From an uncultured bacterium (GTDB lineage Bacteria; Patescibacteriota; Microgenomatia; Levybacterales; UBA12049), in assembly GCA_963826535.1 (NCBI GenBank), contig CAWGXL010000011.1, positions 803,521 through 867,520 of the forward strand: 64,000 nt of DNA, read 5' to 3'. Position numbers and translations under genes: made by a program. This document shows positions 1 to 9,780 of this stretch, piece after piece. How positions within the stretch are numbered: position 1 is the first letter of the stretch; each line of letters begins with the position of its first letter. The notes under the pieces were generated by a model. That model was not told the origin of the DNA and searched no databases. It saw only the letters and a program-made list of their open reading frames with translations.

Positions 1-2230
1 TGAAAGGAAGCATTAAGATAAATTCTTCCTCCTTTTCTCCGGGTAATCTCATAATCATATGACGGGGAGACATGACTGAAGCCGATTCGCCTTCGCTTAC
101 GGCAGAATCCGGCTGTTCCTGGGCAATTGATGGTATTTCCCATTGATCTTCTTTGTTGTAAAAGATTTGAGGGTCTTCCATATGATATGTGGTGTAGATT
201 GCTGTTTGTAACGTGAAGATATCTTCAGGGTAACGCACATGAGACATTAGGCTTTTTGGCATCTGGGAGATCGGACGGAAGGTTTTTGGGAAAATTTTAG
301 CATATGTTTTGATGATGGGGTCATCGGGATCTGCAAGATACAGTGTTACTTTTCCATCATAGGCGTCCACAACCGCTTTGACTGAATTTCTTATATAGTT
401 GACATCATTATCCTGAAGTGAAAGAGGTTGTGAATAGGGATAGCGGTCAGAGGATGTGTAGGCATCGACAATCCAATAGAGCTTACCTTCGGCAACTACG
501 AGATACGGATCGCGATCGTAAGTCAGAAATGGCGCAATTTTTGCTACTCTTTTTTTAATCTCCCGGTTATAGAGGATTCTGCTCGCGGAGGTTACATCGC
601 CGGACAAAAAGATTTTCATTGAGCTAAAATGCAAGGTGAAAAAGAGCCGTTTGAGTAAAGAGTCTATTTGCACTCCGCCGCTGCCTTTATAGTCGGAATA
701 AACGTTTTCTTCTCCTTTGGGGTAATCAAATTCTTTGGAGTTGGATTTAACTATTATAAAATCGTTGGCTAATTCTCCAAAGTAAATCTCAGGTCGCTTG
801 ACATCAAGTTCTTTGACAGTTGATTTCGGAGGTAAGTCTTTGACAAATAATACAGGTAAGCCTTCGGGTGTGACCTGGTTTACCGGACCAGCGGTAATAC
901 CGTAGCCGTGTGTAAAGGTCAGATGTTCATTGATCCAATTTTTGTTGGGAAGGCTTTCTGCGGCGAGTTCTCTTGGGGAAAGCATAATTTGGCGAATTTC
1001 CCCGTTGAGCGTGTAACGGTCATTATCAACAGAGGCAAATTCATAGTATGTTCTGATTTCCTGAATTTGTGAGAAAGTTGAGAGAAGCGGATCTCTATCC
1101 CAGAGACGGACATTTTTAATGGTCAGATTATTTGCCGCAATATCTGCTGCTGTGAGAGGCTTGTCCGAGTTTATGCCTCGTTTTTCTATATTTTCCAGGC
1201 TATATGCTTGCCTGGTTGCAGCTATATTGTGTTTAATAAACGGGGTTTCTTTGACTAATTCGTTTGGGGCAACAATTAATCTTTGAAAGATGGAGGGGAT
1301 TATAGCAGTGGCAGCTCCTATTAAAAACACCAGAAAGATTGTTCCGAATAGCGGCGAAAGCTTACCACTAATTCCGTAGAACAACGCCATAAGAGCTGCT
1401 ACGATATAAACAATGACTGAAATATGTATTAAGGGGATCATTACGTTTGCATCAGTAAAAGTAGCGCCGGATACCGGGCCGCTTTGAGCGGTTAGGAGAT
1501 CATATAAAGAGAGTTGGGTACCTATTGCAACCAGGGCAATGAACAGAAATAAAAGTATAGCAATATGCAGTCTGGCTCCCGGGTCAGTAATTTTGGACCT
1601 ATCAGGTTTAAGAAGTGAGTGGCCATTTTTACCAGACATATTGCTCAGATTAAATTTGGCTAATAATTCCGATAAATTTAATTTGCCCCGTAAAATATAG
1701 ATAATTCCGCAGCCTATAAGAGCGAGGAGGCATAGAAACTTGGCTATTCCTAATATCAGTGAATAAATCGGTAGTGAAAAGACATAGAATCCTATATCTA
1801 ATCCAAATAATGGATCCTTTTCTCCAAAAGGTACTGCTTCCATAAATTTCAAAATATCATGCCAAGCTGAGGAGACGATTAGTCCAATTAGGAATGCAAT
1901 TAATAAGCTTAGGATTATGCAAAGTCTTTTTACTAACCGACCACTTAGGCTTACGGGTTGGCCGGTGAGAGATGGCGGTAAAACCATAACCCATGGGATT
2001 TTCGAGCTGGCAGACAAAAGAAAATTTATTAGGAGGAATGTTAAAGCTACTATGGCGGCTATGATGCCAATAACAACTTTGACAGTTAATGATTTGATGA
2101 AAATTTCAGTGAATCCGACTTCGGAAAACCACCACCAATCTGTAACAAGGTCAACGATAGCAGAGGAGAAAATAAGAATTGCAATTATTATTCCTATGAA
2201 TGCCCATAAGAAGAGATTTGTAATTTTCAT
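1..2230 (-). CDS. UPF0182 family membrane protein (3' end runs off the window)
   Basis: Hand translation of parts of the minus strand gives DLVTDWWWFSEVGF, NVRLWDRDPL, QEIRTYYEF, DNDRY, SPREL and WINEHLTFTHGYG, typical of UPF0182. Absent from the ORF track, presumably because no stop lies in the window. Confidence 0.9.
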   Translation of the reverse strand, partial: MKITNLFLWAFIGIIIAILIFSSAIVDLVTDWWWFSEVGFTEIFIKSLTVKVVIGIIAAIVALTFLLINFLLSASSKIPWVMVLPPSLTGQPVSLSGRLVKRLCIILSLLIAFLIGLIVSSAWHDILKFMEAVPFGEKDPLFGLDIGFYVFSLPIYSLILGIAKFLCLLALIGCGIIYILRGKLNLSELLAKFNLSNMSGKNGHSLLKPDRSKITDPGARLHIAILLFLFIALVAIGTQLSLYDLLTAQSGPVSGATFTDANVMIPLIHISVIVYIVAALMALFYGISGKLSPLFGTIFLVFLIGAATAIIPSIFQRLIVAPNELVKETPFIKHNIAATRQAYSLENIEKRGINSDKPLTAADIAANNLTIKNVRLWDRDPLLSTFSQIQEIRTYYEFASVDNDRYTLNGEIRQIMLSPRELAAESLPNKNWINEHLTFTHGYGITAGPVNQVTPEGLPVLFVKDLPPKSTVKELDVKRPEIYFGELANDFIIVKSNSKEFDYPKGEENVYSDYKGSGGVQIDSLLKRLFFTLHFSSMKIFLSGDVTSASRILYNREIKKRVAKIAPFLTYDRDPYLVVAEGKLYWIVDAYTSSDRYPYSQPLSLQDNDVNYIRNSVKAVVDAYDGKVTLYLADPDDPIIKTYAKIFPKTFRPISQMPKSLMSHVRYPEDIFTLQTAIYTTYHMEDPQIFYNKEDQWEIPSIAQEQPDSAVSEGESASVMSPRHMIMRLPGEKEEEFILMLPF

Positions 2231-2317
2231 TAATGTAGAAACGAACTATACTATATCAAATTTTTTATATATTGACAAGTTATCTAAATTAGGTTACTGT
2301 TATTGTAGAGAATAAAT

Positions 2318-2794
2318 ATGAGTGAAACACACCCACATCCTACGCATCCAAAAGAGCACTTGAATCAATTGGAGACCTGGTTGGATCAATATCTGGTTAA
2401 AAAGGCTCCGGCATTACCAAAAGGAGGGAAAGAGTTTATTGTTAAGATTGCGCCCTGGCTTGTAATAGTAGGTGCTGTTTTATCGATTCCGGCAATTTTT
2501 GCGATATTTGGAGTTACTTCTATGATGTCAGCAGCTCCCGGAGGAACGGCAGTTGCAGTTGCGCTTGGCCCAACATATTATTTATCAATTATTTTATTGA
2601 TCGTAGTTATCGTCATGGAATTATTCGCGTTGCCAGGTTTGTTCGCACGGACGAAATCAGGTTGGAATTTAGTTTTTTATGCTACTCTAATTAGCGCTGT
2701 TTCTTCCCTGGTGTCGATGAATTTAGGAGCGTTGATAATAGGTACATTATTATCTTTATATCTTCTTTTCCAAGTGAGAGAATACTATAAGTAG
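2318..2794 (+). CDS. multi-pass membrane protein, hypothetical
   Basis: 158-aa ORF with about 4 hydrophobic segments. Confidence 0.8.
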   Translation: MSETHPHPTHPKEHLNQLETWLDQYLVKKAPALPKGGKEFIVKIAPWLVIVGAVLSIPAIFAIFGVTSMMSAAPGGTAVAVALGPTYYLSIILLIVVIVMELFALPGLFARTKSGWNLVFYATLISAVSSLVSMNLGALIIGTLLSLYLLFQVREYYK

Positions 2795-2926
2795 TCCATT
2801 TCCACAGTAAAAATTAATAAAATTCTTACATTCTAATTAAACTTTTCACATTATATTCATATCATGTTAACCTATTGTTGAATTATAGTTATATGAATAG
2901 TAAGCGAATTATTGTAACAATTACAT

Positions 2927-3361
2927 ATGAATACTACAGGCAAGATAGAAGAATCAAAGAAAGAGCTAGTAGCTTTTGAAGCTACCAAGAGGGAGATAAT
3001 CCGGGGGCTTTTTATTTTCTTATTAGTGGGTGAAGTTTTCCTTTTTTTAAGGATTATTTTTAGGGCAATTGGAGCAAATCCCGGAACAGCGTTCGGGGGT
3101 TTTATTTATACAATTAGCGGTTTTTTTTTGTTACCGTTTTTTGGGATCTTTCCACAGTTACAAGATGAAATTGTGGCAGGAAAATCGGCATTGGATGCGC
3201 AAGCATTTCTTGCTTTTTTCTGTTACCTTGTTTTAATACCCCTGGCAATGGCAGTTGTTTCAATAGTTATAAATATGCTTAAAACCAGAAAACAAGCGGA
3301 CGAAATAATTGAGAAAGATAATCCTGTTGATCCTTCAGAAATTGATAATATGGTAAAGTAA
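2927..3361 (+). CDS. YggT-like membrane protein
   Basis: LFLRIIFRAIGANP...FIYTISGFFLLPFFGIF resembles YggT/YGGT. Confidence 0.65.
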   Translation: MNTTGKIEESKKELVAFEATKREIIRGLFIFLLVGEVFLFLRIIFRAIGANPGTAFGGFIYTISGFFLLPFFGIFPQLQDEIVAGKSALDAQAFLAFFCYLVLIPLAMAVVSIVINMLKTRKQADEIIEKDNPVDPSEIDNMVK

Positions 3362-3375
3362 GGGAAAATGAACAT

Positions 3376-3957
3376 TCAAAAAGACCTTTTGTATGCTAAG
3401 CGTTTTTTGAGAAGATTTTCTCTATATCCGCCTTCTTTTTGATGTTTTAATTCAACGGCATTTATTTGGCGATCCAGTAGAAATCCACTTCTTTTAAGAA
3501 GATCAATGAGGTAGTTTACTGTCGCTTCTAATCCTTCCCGTCCTTCTAATCCCCCTAATTCTTTGGTGACAGAGGTGGTAGAGGGAATAGGGGGATTAGA
3601 AGGACTAGAATACCAAGAGGGATAACCTTCAAAAATTTGGTGGAGTTTGTAGAGTCGTGGATCATTCTTGCTCCAATAAGATAATCTTTCAATGCGGACT
3701 ATGTCTTCAAAGTCTTCCAAAGCTTCCATGCCTGACGCCTTTGCCACATCATATAGCTTGAGCTTAGAAGAGAGACTTCTTTCGGAAGAACCTTCTACAA
3801 TATTTTGTTTGTGAGATCTTAGGGCTTGTTTTATTTGGTCGCGTTGGCGTGAGTCCTCAAATTTTCTATAATATTTCGGTACAAAATCCCAGCCTAAATC
3901 AAAGGCAATTTGAGCCAGTTTGTAACTGATAAGACTTTTGTAACCAGCTTCTGCCAC
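3376..3957 (-). CDS. four-helix-bundle protein (TIGR02436 / 23S-IVS-protein-like) with C-terminal suffix domain
   Basis: GYKSLISYK, RQRDQIKQALRSHKQNIVEG, LYDVAKAS.EALED motifs; C-terminal LLDRQI...EGGYRENL. Confidence 0.85.
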   Translation of the reverse strand: MAEAGYKSLISYKLAQIAFDLGWDFVPKYYRKFEDSRQRDQIKQALRSHKQNIVEGSSERSLSSKLKLYDVAKASGMEALEDFEDIVRIERLSYWSKNDPRLYKLHQIFEGYPSWYSSPSNPPIPSTTSVTKELGGLEGREGLEATVNYLIDLLKRSGFLLDRQINAVELKHQKEGGYRENLLKKRLAYKRSF

Positions 3958-4024
3958 GTATTTAGAATAGCATATTTTAACTATTGTTTATTGTAGGAGT
4001 AAAAGTTGGTGTATAATAAAAACT

Positions 4025-4441
4025 ATGAATATGTTCAAAAAAACTACAGCAAAGACACCGGGTGAATATATTGCAGGTTTGGAAGAGCCTAGGAAAGGTC
4101 AAATTAAAAAGTTGCATGAGTTGATTGTCGCGACGGTGCCGAAATTGAAGCCTTTTATTATTGTTGGGATGATCGGTTATGGAACGTACCACTATAAATA
4201 CGCGAGCGGGCGGGAAGGGGATTGGGCTATTATTTCACTTGCGTCACAAAAGAATTATATTTCTTTGTATGTTTGCGGTGTAAAGAACGGAAAGTATATT
4301 GCTGAGGGTTATAAGGATAAACTTCCGAAAGCGAATATCGGAAAGAGTTGTATCAGGTTTAAAAAAGTGGAAGATATTGATCTAAATATTATTAAAACTA
4401 TTTTGCGGGAAGCAGAAAAAGCTCCGGCGTATTCGGCATGA
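4025..4441 (+). CDS. DUF1801 (YdhG-like) protein
   Basis: MIGYGTYHYKYASGREGDW, LASQKNYISLY, GKSCIRFK. Confidence 0.85.
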   Translation: MNMFKKTTAKTPGEYIAGLEEPRKGQIKKLHELIVATVPKLKPFIIVGMIGYGTYHYKYASGREGDWAIISLASQKNYISLYVCGVKNGKYIAEGYKDKLPKANIGKSCIRFKKVEDIDLNIIKTILREAEKAPAYSA

Positions 4442-4460
4442 AACGCCTTTTATTTTGCCC

Positions 4461-4590
4461 GGGGTCCTGTCGCTCTCTCGTCCCGTCCGATGTCCTCGGT
4501 CGCAAGCTCCCTGCGGGCACTCGACGGGCCCCTTCCACGCCTGTCAAGCAGGCGAGCTCCTTCGTCCGCTCCCTCCGGTCGCGCCACCCC
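4461..4590. repeat. GC-rich palindromic element, intergenic copy (second copy in frame in ychF)
   Basis: GGGGT...ACCCC ends; nearly identical to 27307-27397 apart from about 40 extra internal nt. Confidence 0.9.
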
Positions 4591-4752
4591 TCGCGCTATT
4601 TTGAATTTTGTGGCTGGGATTCACCAAGTATTGAATATTGTTGAGTTTTGGTGGATAATATCGGCAAGGCCCTCCACATCTTACTACTCGCCTTAGTTCA
4701 TTTGAACTGCGGCTTGAAGAGCGATTGTTGGCGGGTAAAGGGGGTGGGAATT

Positions 4753-5178
4753 ATGATAGAAGTAAATTATTTGGCAGTTTTGGTTGCAGCGGTGGTTTCG
4801 ATGGCAATTGGTTTTCTATGGTATCATCCGGTTTTATTTGGAAAGCAATGGATGAAATTGAAAGGCTACACGTCTGAAAGTCTGAAAAAGGTTCAAAAGG
4901 AGATGGGGAAGTTATATGCGTTGAGCTTTGTTGTCGCATTAGTGACAGCATATGTCTTGTCACATGTAATGACATTTTCAGAGAACTATTTTGGTTATCC
5001 AATGTTGCAGACGGGGTTGACGACGGCTTTTTGGATGTGGCTTGGATTTATGATGCCGGTGCAGATTACAGCAACCATTTTTGGAGACAAAAAGTGGAAA
5101 CTTTTTGCTATTGATACAGGATACCAGCTTGTGTCGGTACTCGCGATGGGTGTTGTATTAGGCTTAATGATGAGTTAA
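4753..5178 (+). CDS. DUF1761 family membrane protein
   Basis: NYLAVLVAAVVSMAIGFLWY...FGKQW and FAIDTGYQL; ATG at 4753 preferred as start. Confidence 0.85.
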   Translation: MIEVNYLAVLVAAVVSMAIGFLWYHPVLFGKQWMKLKGYTSESLKKVQKEMGKLYALSFVVALVTAYVLSHVMTFSENYFGYPMLQTGLTTAFWMWLGFMMPVQITATIFGDKKWKLFAIDTGYQLVSVLAMGVVLGLMMS

Positions 5179-5222
5179 TCCGCTTGCAATTGCAGAAGAG
5201 TGATTATATAATGATTTTAGGA

Positions 5223-5876
5223 ATGAATAAAAATCTTCTTATCGGTATTGTAATTGTTTTGTTGATCCTAATTGGTGGGGGATATATGTTCCTAAACCGT
5301 TCTCAAAATCCTCAACCTTCTACAATTGAAACAACTGAAACTACCCAGGTTACAAATACAGCCGGGGTTGTAGAGAAAAAATCAATTAAGAGTCTTTTAG
5401 CTCTAGGCAGCAATCAAACATGTACTTTTGAAGATAAAGAGACAGGAAGTTCAGGTACGGTTTTTATAGACTCCGGAAAATTTAGAGGGGATTTTTCGTC
5501 AAATGTAAACAATGTTGTATCGAATTCGCATATGATCGCTGACGGTAAGGATGTCTATGTTTGGACGGATAATTCTAAAGAGGGATTTAAAATGTCTGTA
5601 GATTCTATAGAGAAAATTAATGAAGGCGGACCGAAGACTGTTGATATAAATAAAGAGGTTGATTATTCATGTACTCCGCAGGGAGCTGAAGTTTCAAAAT
5701 TTGTCTTACCAACAGACGTAGTGTTCTCTGACTTTAGCAAAATGATTGAGGATGCAGCAAAATTGAAGCAGAATGGCACCAGCAATACTACTCAGAGTCC
5801 ACAATCAAATTGCGGCGTGTGCGATAGTGTTCCGGCAGAATCTCAGGCGCAATGCAGAGAAGCGCTAAGGTGTTAA
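5223..5876 (+). CDS. N-terminally anchored exported protein, hypothetical
   Basis: N-terminal TM, Thr-rich linker, paired Cys. Confidence 0.75.
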   Translation: MNKNLLIGIVIVLLILIGGGYMFLNRSQNPQPSTIETTETTQVTNTAGVVEKKSIKSLLALGSNQTCTFEDKETGSSGTVFIDSGKFRGDFSSNVNNVVSNSHMIADGKDVYVWTDNSKEGFKMSVDSIEKINEGGPKTVDINKEVDYSCTPQGAEVSKFVLPTDVVFSDFSKMIEDAAKLKQNGTSNTTQSPQSNCGVCDSVPAESQAQCREALRC

Positions 5877-5893
5877 TTATGCTCTATTCAATT

Positions 5894-6553
5894 TTATACC
5901 GTAACTTTTTTTAGCTTCTTAAAAGATCTTCGTTTGTAGTAGAACCATCCAATAATAATTAATAGAAGCGTGAAAATTCCTATTTGTATAAACGACTCAG
6001 TACTTTCTAATCCTCCAAGAATTGATTGATAATTGGATATACCGGTATAGCCAAAATATAGAAAAAGTAGGTTTCGGATTATAGAACCTGCAAAAGTTGC
6101 TATTAAGTAAGTAACAATGCTGAGTTTAATAATCCCGCAGCTTATAGAAAGTGGTGCACTGGGGATTATTGGTGTGGCCCTGGCAACAAAAAGTAATAAA
6201 TAATTTTTCCATCCGGTTCCAAATTTCTTGCCTAAATATTCAGTGTCCTCTTGTGTTAGAAAGAGTATTTTTCCATATTTACTGGTCACAATATTTTTTG
6301 TTTTTAGCGCAACAGCATAAAGCACCCAAGCTCCGCCTGTTTTACCAATTGCTCCGAGAATAGCCAGCAAGCAGATAGTTATTAGGGCGTGTTCCTGTGC
6401 TTTAGCAATTGAACCTGAGAGTGTTAAAACAAGAGGCGAAGGGATAGGCGCTATGACTTCTTCAATAAATGAACCGAAAAGTACGAATGGCTGCAGGGGT
6501 ATAGTTGTTGAAAAAGCTATGAATAATTCTGCTATGTCTTTAAATATTTGCAT
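5894..6553 (-). CDS. DedA/VTT family membrane protein
   Basis: IEEVIAPIPSPLVL...G and ARATPIIP motifs. Confidence 0.85.
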   Translation of the reverse strand: MQIFKDIAELFIAFSTTIPLQPFVLFGSFIEEVIAPIPSPLVLTLSGSIAKAQEHALITICLLAILGAIGKTGGAWVLYAVALKTKNIVTSKYGKILFLTQEDTEYLGKKFGTGWKNYLLLFVARATPIIPSAPLSISCGIIKLSIVTYLIATFAGSIIRNLLFLYFGYTGISNYQSILGGLESTESFIQIGIFTLLLIIIGWFYYKRRSFKKLKKVTV

Positions 6554-6639
6554 TGTTCACGTAAATTATATCAAATTCAGGTTTTTAGTTTTTTTGAGTT
6601 CTTGACCTTGACTTTGGAAATGTAATAGAATTAAATTAT

Positions 6640-7794
6640 ATGTTAAAAGCGGAACAACGAAAGTGGGTTGAGTCTACCGGGTGGTCGGAACCAATAGGCG
6701 GGAAACTAGGGTCAAGTCCACAGTTGGTATTTGTTTTTGGTGGCAGTTCCATTGTTAGTCTTCCTAAAACTTATGATGATTTAAAAGTCTTATATCCACA
6801 ATCTCATATTTTACTATGTTCAACAGCGGGGGAAATTCTTAATACTACTGTTACTGATAACTCGCTAGTTGCAACAGCAGTGTATTTTGAAAAAACAACT
6901 TTACAATTTAGCCAAACTGATGTTACGCAAGCCGAAGAGAGCTATGACGCGGGAGTCAAGTTGGCGACACAACTAGCTCATGAAGGATTAGTTCATTCTA
7001 TGGTGTTTTCAGATGGTTTACGCGTTAATGGTACTGCTTTAGTTAAAGGCTTGATTGAACACCTGCCGGTTAATGTTTCTGTAACGGGTGGTTTGGTTGG
7101 TGATGGAAGCGACTTCAAGCATACATATGTCGGATTAGATTCTGTGGCTCAGGAAGGAAAGATCATATTAATTGGTTTCTATGGCCAATCTTTAAAAGTG
7201 GGATACGGTTCAAAGGGAGGGTGGGATCCGTTTGGTGTTGAGCGATTAATTACTAAATCGAAAAATAATATACTTTATGAGCTAGATGGGAAACCCGCGC
7301 TGGCTTTATATAAAGAATATTTAGGCGAATTAGCGTCAGGCTTGCCCGGTACCGGCTTGCTTTTTCCTTTAAACTTAAGACTGAGTGATGATACCACAGG
7401 TAAGAATGTGGTGGTGAGAACTCTGCTGGCTATTGATGAGAAAGATCAGAGTATGACTTTTGCCGGAGATATGCCTGAGGGTGCTTTTACAAAACTTATG
7501 AAGGCAAACTTTGAACGGTTAGTTGACGGCGCATCTGAGGCGGCAAGTTTAAGTACTGAATCTATAGGTAGTCATAAATCAGAGTTGGCTCTATTAATCA
7601 GTTGCATTGGCCGTAAATTAGTGTTGAAGGAAAGGATTGAAGAAGAAACCGAATCAGTCCGGTCTTTACTTGGGGATCAAGCAGTAATAACTGGGTTTTA
7701 CTCTTATGGCGAGATATGTCCGACAGCTCCTAGCGAAAAGCAATGCCGTTTACATAATCAAACAATGACAATAACTACTTTCAGAGAAGATTAA
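6640..7794 (+). CDS. FIST N/C signal-sensing protein
   Basis: CSTAGEI, GGWDPFG, ELDGKPAL, SCIGRK, GFYSYGEI, LHNQT. Confidence 0.92.
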   Translation: MLKAEQRKWVESTGWSEPIGGKLGSSPQLVFVFGGSSIVSLPKTYDDLKVLYPQSHILLCSTAGEILNTTVTDNSLVATAVYFEKTTLQFSQTDVTQAEESYDAGVKLATQLAHEGLVHSMVFSDGLRVNGTALVKGLIEHLPVNVSVTGGLVGDGSDFKHTYVGLDSVAQEGKIILIGFYGQSLKVGYGSKGGWDPFGVERLITKSKNNILYELDGKPALALYKEYLGELASGLPGTGLLFPLNLRLSDDTTGKNVVVRTLLAIDEKDQSMTFAGDMPEGAFTKLMKANFERLVDGASEAASLSTESIGSHKSELALLISCIGRKLVLKERIEEETESVRSLLGDQAVITGFYSYGEICPTAPSEKQCRLHNQTMTITTFRED

Positions 7795-7795
7795 T

Positions 7796-9199
7796 ATGCT
7801 GCATAAAATACTTCTTAGGCAATTAATTAAGCAGTATGGCTCGGAAGATCGCATTCCTACCGAATTAAATACTTTATTTGAATCGGTAAGCGCTGTATAT
7901 CAACATGCGGATGAAGACCGTAAGCTTATTGAAAGATCTTTAGATATCAGTTCGCGAGAATTAGAAGCTATTAATTTGCAGTTGCGATCCGAGCATGATC
8001 TGATAGAAAGTGAGGTTATAAAACGCACCCAAGAATTAGTAGCTGAAAGAAACAGGATTTCACTTACTTTAGCAAGTATTACCGATGCTGTTATTGCGTT
8101 AGATTTAGAGAATCGTATTATAATTTTTAATAAGGCAGCTGAAGTATTGTTGAATAAATCTTCTAAAGAAGTTCTGGGGCGAAAAATAGGGGAGATTATT
8201 AGAGTATATGATAATCATATAGAGATCACACCAGATGAGTATGCCCGATCAGTTGCCGAAAAGGTTACAGGCATTGTTTTTACGAAAAAAGCTTTGAAAT
8301 ATGTAAGTGGAGATAAAGTAGGGTATGTTAATTTTATAAGTGGCAATATAACGGATGGTCAACAGGCAAATATGGGTTGTATTATCAGTATGCATGATGT
8401 TTCTGAAGAAAGACAACTCGAAGAAATGAAAATCGATTTTGTTTCAATGGCGGCTCATGAACTTCGCACACCGTTGACAGTAATTCGCGGTTATGCTTCA
8501 ATGCTGCAAGATAAAAAGACACAAAATCTTTCCGCAGACCAGGAAAAATTTGTAGACCGGCTGGCAGTCAGTGCTGATACGCTGTCAAATTTAATCGATA
8601 ATTTGTTAAATGTCTCACGTATTGAGCATAATTTATTGAGATTAGACTTGAAAGTAGTTGATCTGGAAAAAAATATACATAAAATTATTGATGATTTAAG
8701 TAATTCTGCCAGAACTAAGGGACAAAGTTTAACATTTGTAAAAGAGAAAGAAAGTTTTCCATTAGTAAAAGTCGATAATTTTAGGATTGGGGAGGTGTTA
8801 ATAAATCTTATCGGTAACGCAATAACATACACAGAGGCCGGCGGGAGCATTGAAGTAAAGTTGGAACAAAAAGATAATATGCTCATAGTTTCTATAAAAG
8901 ATACCGGTCCGGGTATACCTCCAGAGGCGATTCCAAAATTATTTTCTAAATTTTTCCGGGTCGGGGGGGCTCTGGAACGAGGGTCAAAGGGAACAGGACT
9001 GGGATTATATATTTCGAAATCAATTGTTGAAATGCATGGTGGTCAAATAGGAGTTGAAAGTGAACCTGGCCATGGTGCGCGGTTTTATTTTAAGTTACCC
9101 ATAACGACTGAGAAAGAAGTAGCTCATGGAGAGGGGGGCTCTGTGGTCTTAACAGAAAGATCGGGATTTGTTTTAAACAATGAAAGACAAAACAGATAA
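7796..9199 (+). CDS. PAS-domain sensor histidine kinase
   Basis: H-box AAHELRTPL, N-box NLIGNA, G boxes DTGPGI and GTGLGL. Confidence 0.95.
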   Translation: MLHKILLRQLIKQYGSEDRIPTELNTLFESVSAVYQHADEDRKLIERSLDISSRELEAINLQLRSEHDLIESEVIKRTQELVAERNRISLTLASITDAVIALDLENRIIIFNKAAEVLLNKSSKEVLGRKIGEIIRVYDNHIEITPDEYARSVAEKVTGIVFTKKALKYVSGDKVGYVNFISGNITDGQQANMGCIISMHDVSEERQLEEMKIDFVSMAAHELRTPLTVIRGYASMLQDKKTQNLSADQEKFVDRLAVSADTLSNLIDNLLNVSRIEHNLLRLDLKVVDLEKNIHKIIDDLSNSARTKGQSLTFVKEKESFPLVKVDNFRIGEVLINLIGNAITYTEAGGSIEVKLEQKDNMLIVSIKDTGPGIPPEAIPKLFSKFFRVGGALERGSKGTGLGLYISKSIVEMHGGQIGVESEPGHGARFYFKLPITTEKEVAHGEGGSVVLTERSGFVLNNERQNR

Positions 9200-9214
9200 C
9201 TTGAATAAAAATTT

Positions 9215-9610
9215 ATGAAAAAGATTCTAATTGTCGAGGATGATTTTTATATTAGTGATATTTATGAAAGATCATTTAAAGCCGCAAGTTATGATGTCGA
9301 TACAGCCGGTGACGGAGAAGTAGCAATACAAAAAGCCAAGAATAATGAGTATGATTTAATATTGCTTGATATTATGTTGCCAAAGATTACAGGCATTGAG
9401 GTACTCCGGACGCTTAGATTAAAGGGCGCAAATACAGAAGAAACACTAATTTTTATGATTACCAATTTGGGTCAGGATAATATTATTAGTGAAGCATTTA
9501 AGATAGGCGCTGACGGGTATTTTATTAAAGCTCGACTTAATCCAAATGAAATAGTAAATGAAATTAACAAAATCTTTCAAGATAAGGAAATCTCCAGTAA
9601 ATCGCATTAA
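9215..9610 (+). CDS. single-domain response regulator (REC)
   Basis: ILIVEDD, LLDIMLP, GADGYFIK. Confidence 0.93.
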   Translation: MKKILIVEDDFYISDIYERSFKAASYDVDTAGDGEVAIQKAKNNEYDLILLDIMLPKITGIEVLRTLRLKGANTEETLIFMITNLGQDNIISEAFKIGADGYFIKARLNPNEIVNEINKIFQDKEISSKSH

Positions 9611-9780
9611 AATAATGATTCTTCAAGACTTGATATATTCTAATAAAATAAAATTGTGGACAAAAAAGTAAATTGTAATTGATGTAAAATGTTGCCATTC
9701 TGTAAGATTTTATCTTCTTAATCAATTCTTACCTAACAATATTGATTTACACACGTCTACGTTGTTAGAATAGGAATCGT

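Noticed and set aside
919-2315. ORF-track entries 919-1113 and 1917-2315, and a possible frameshift in the UPF0182 gene
   Set aside because: Hand translation of 900-1140 shows the UPF0182 frame is continuous there; these are shadow ORFs.
3376-3957. Diversity-generating retroelement (Avd-like protein)
   Set aside because: No reverse transcriptase and no template/variable repeat pair with adenine-specific mismatches; differences between the protease paralogs do not look A-specific.
4438-4752. ORFs 4438-4644 and 4490-4696, and the N-terminal extension of the DUF1761 ORF
   Set aside because: They arise from the stop-poor GC-rich repeat; the peptide shared with YchF reflects the repeat, not a gene.
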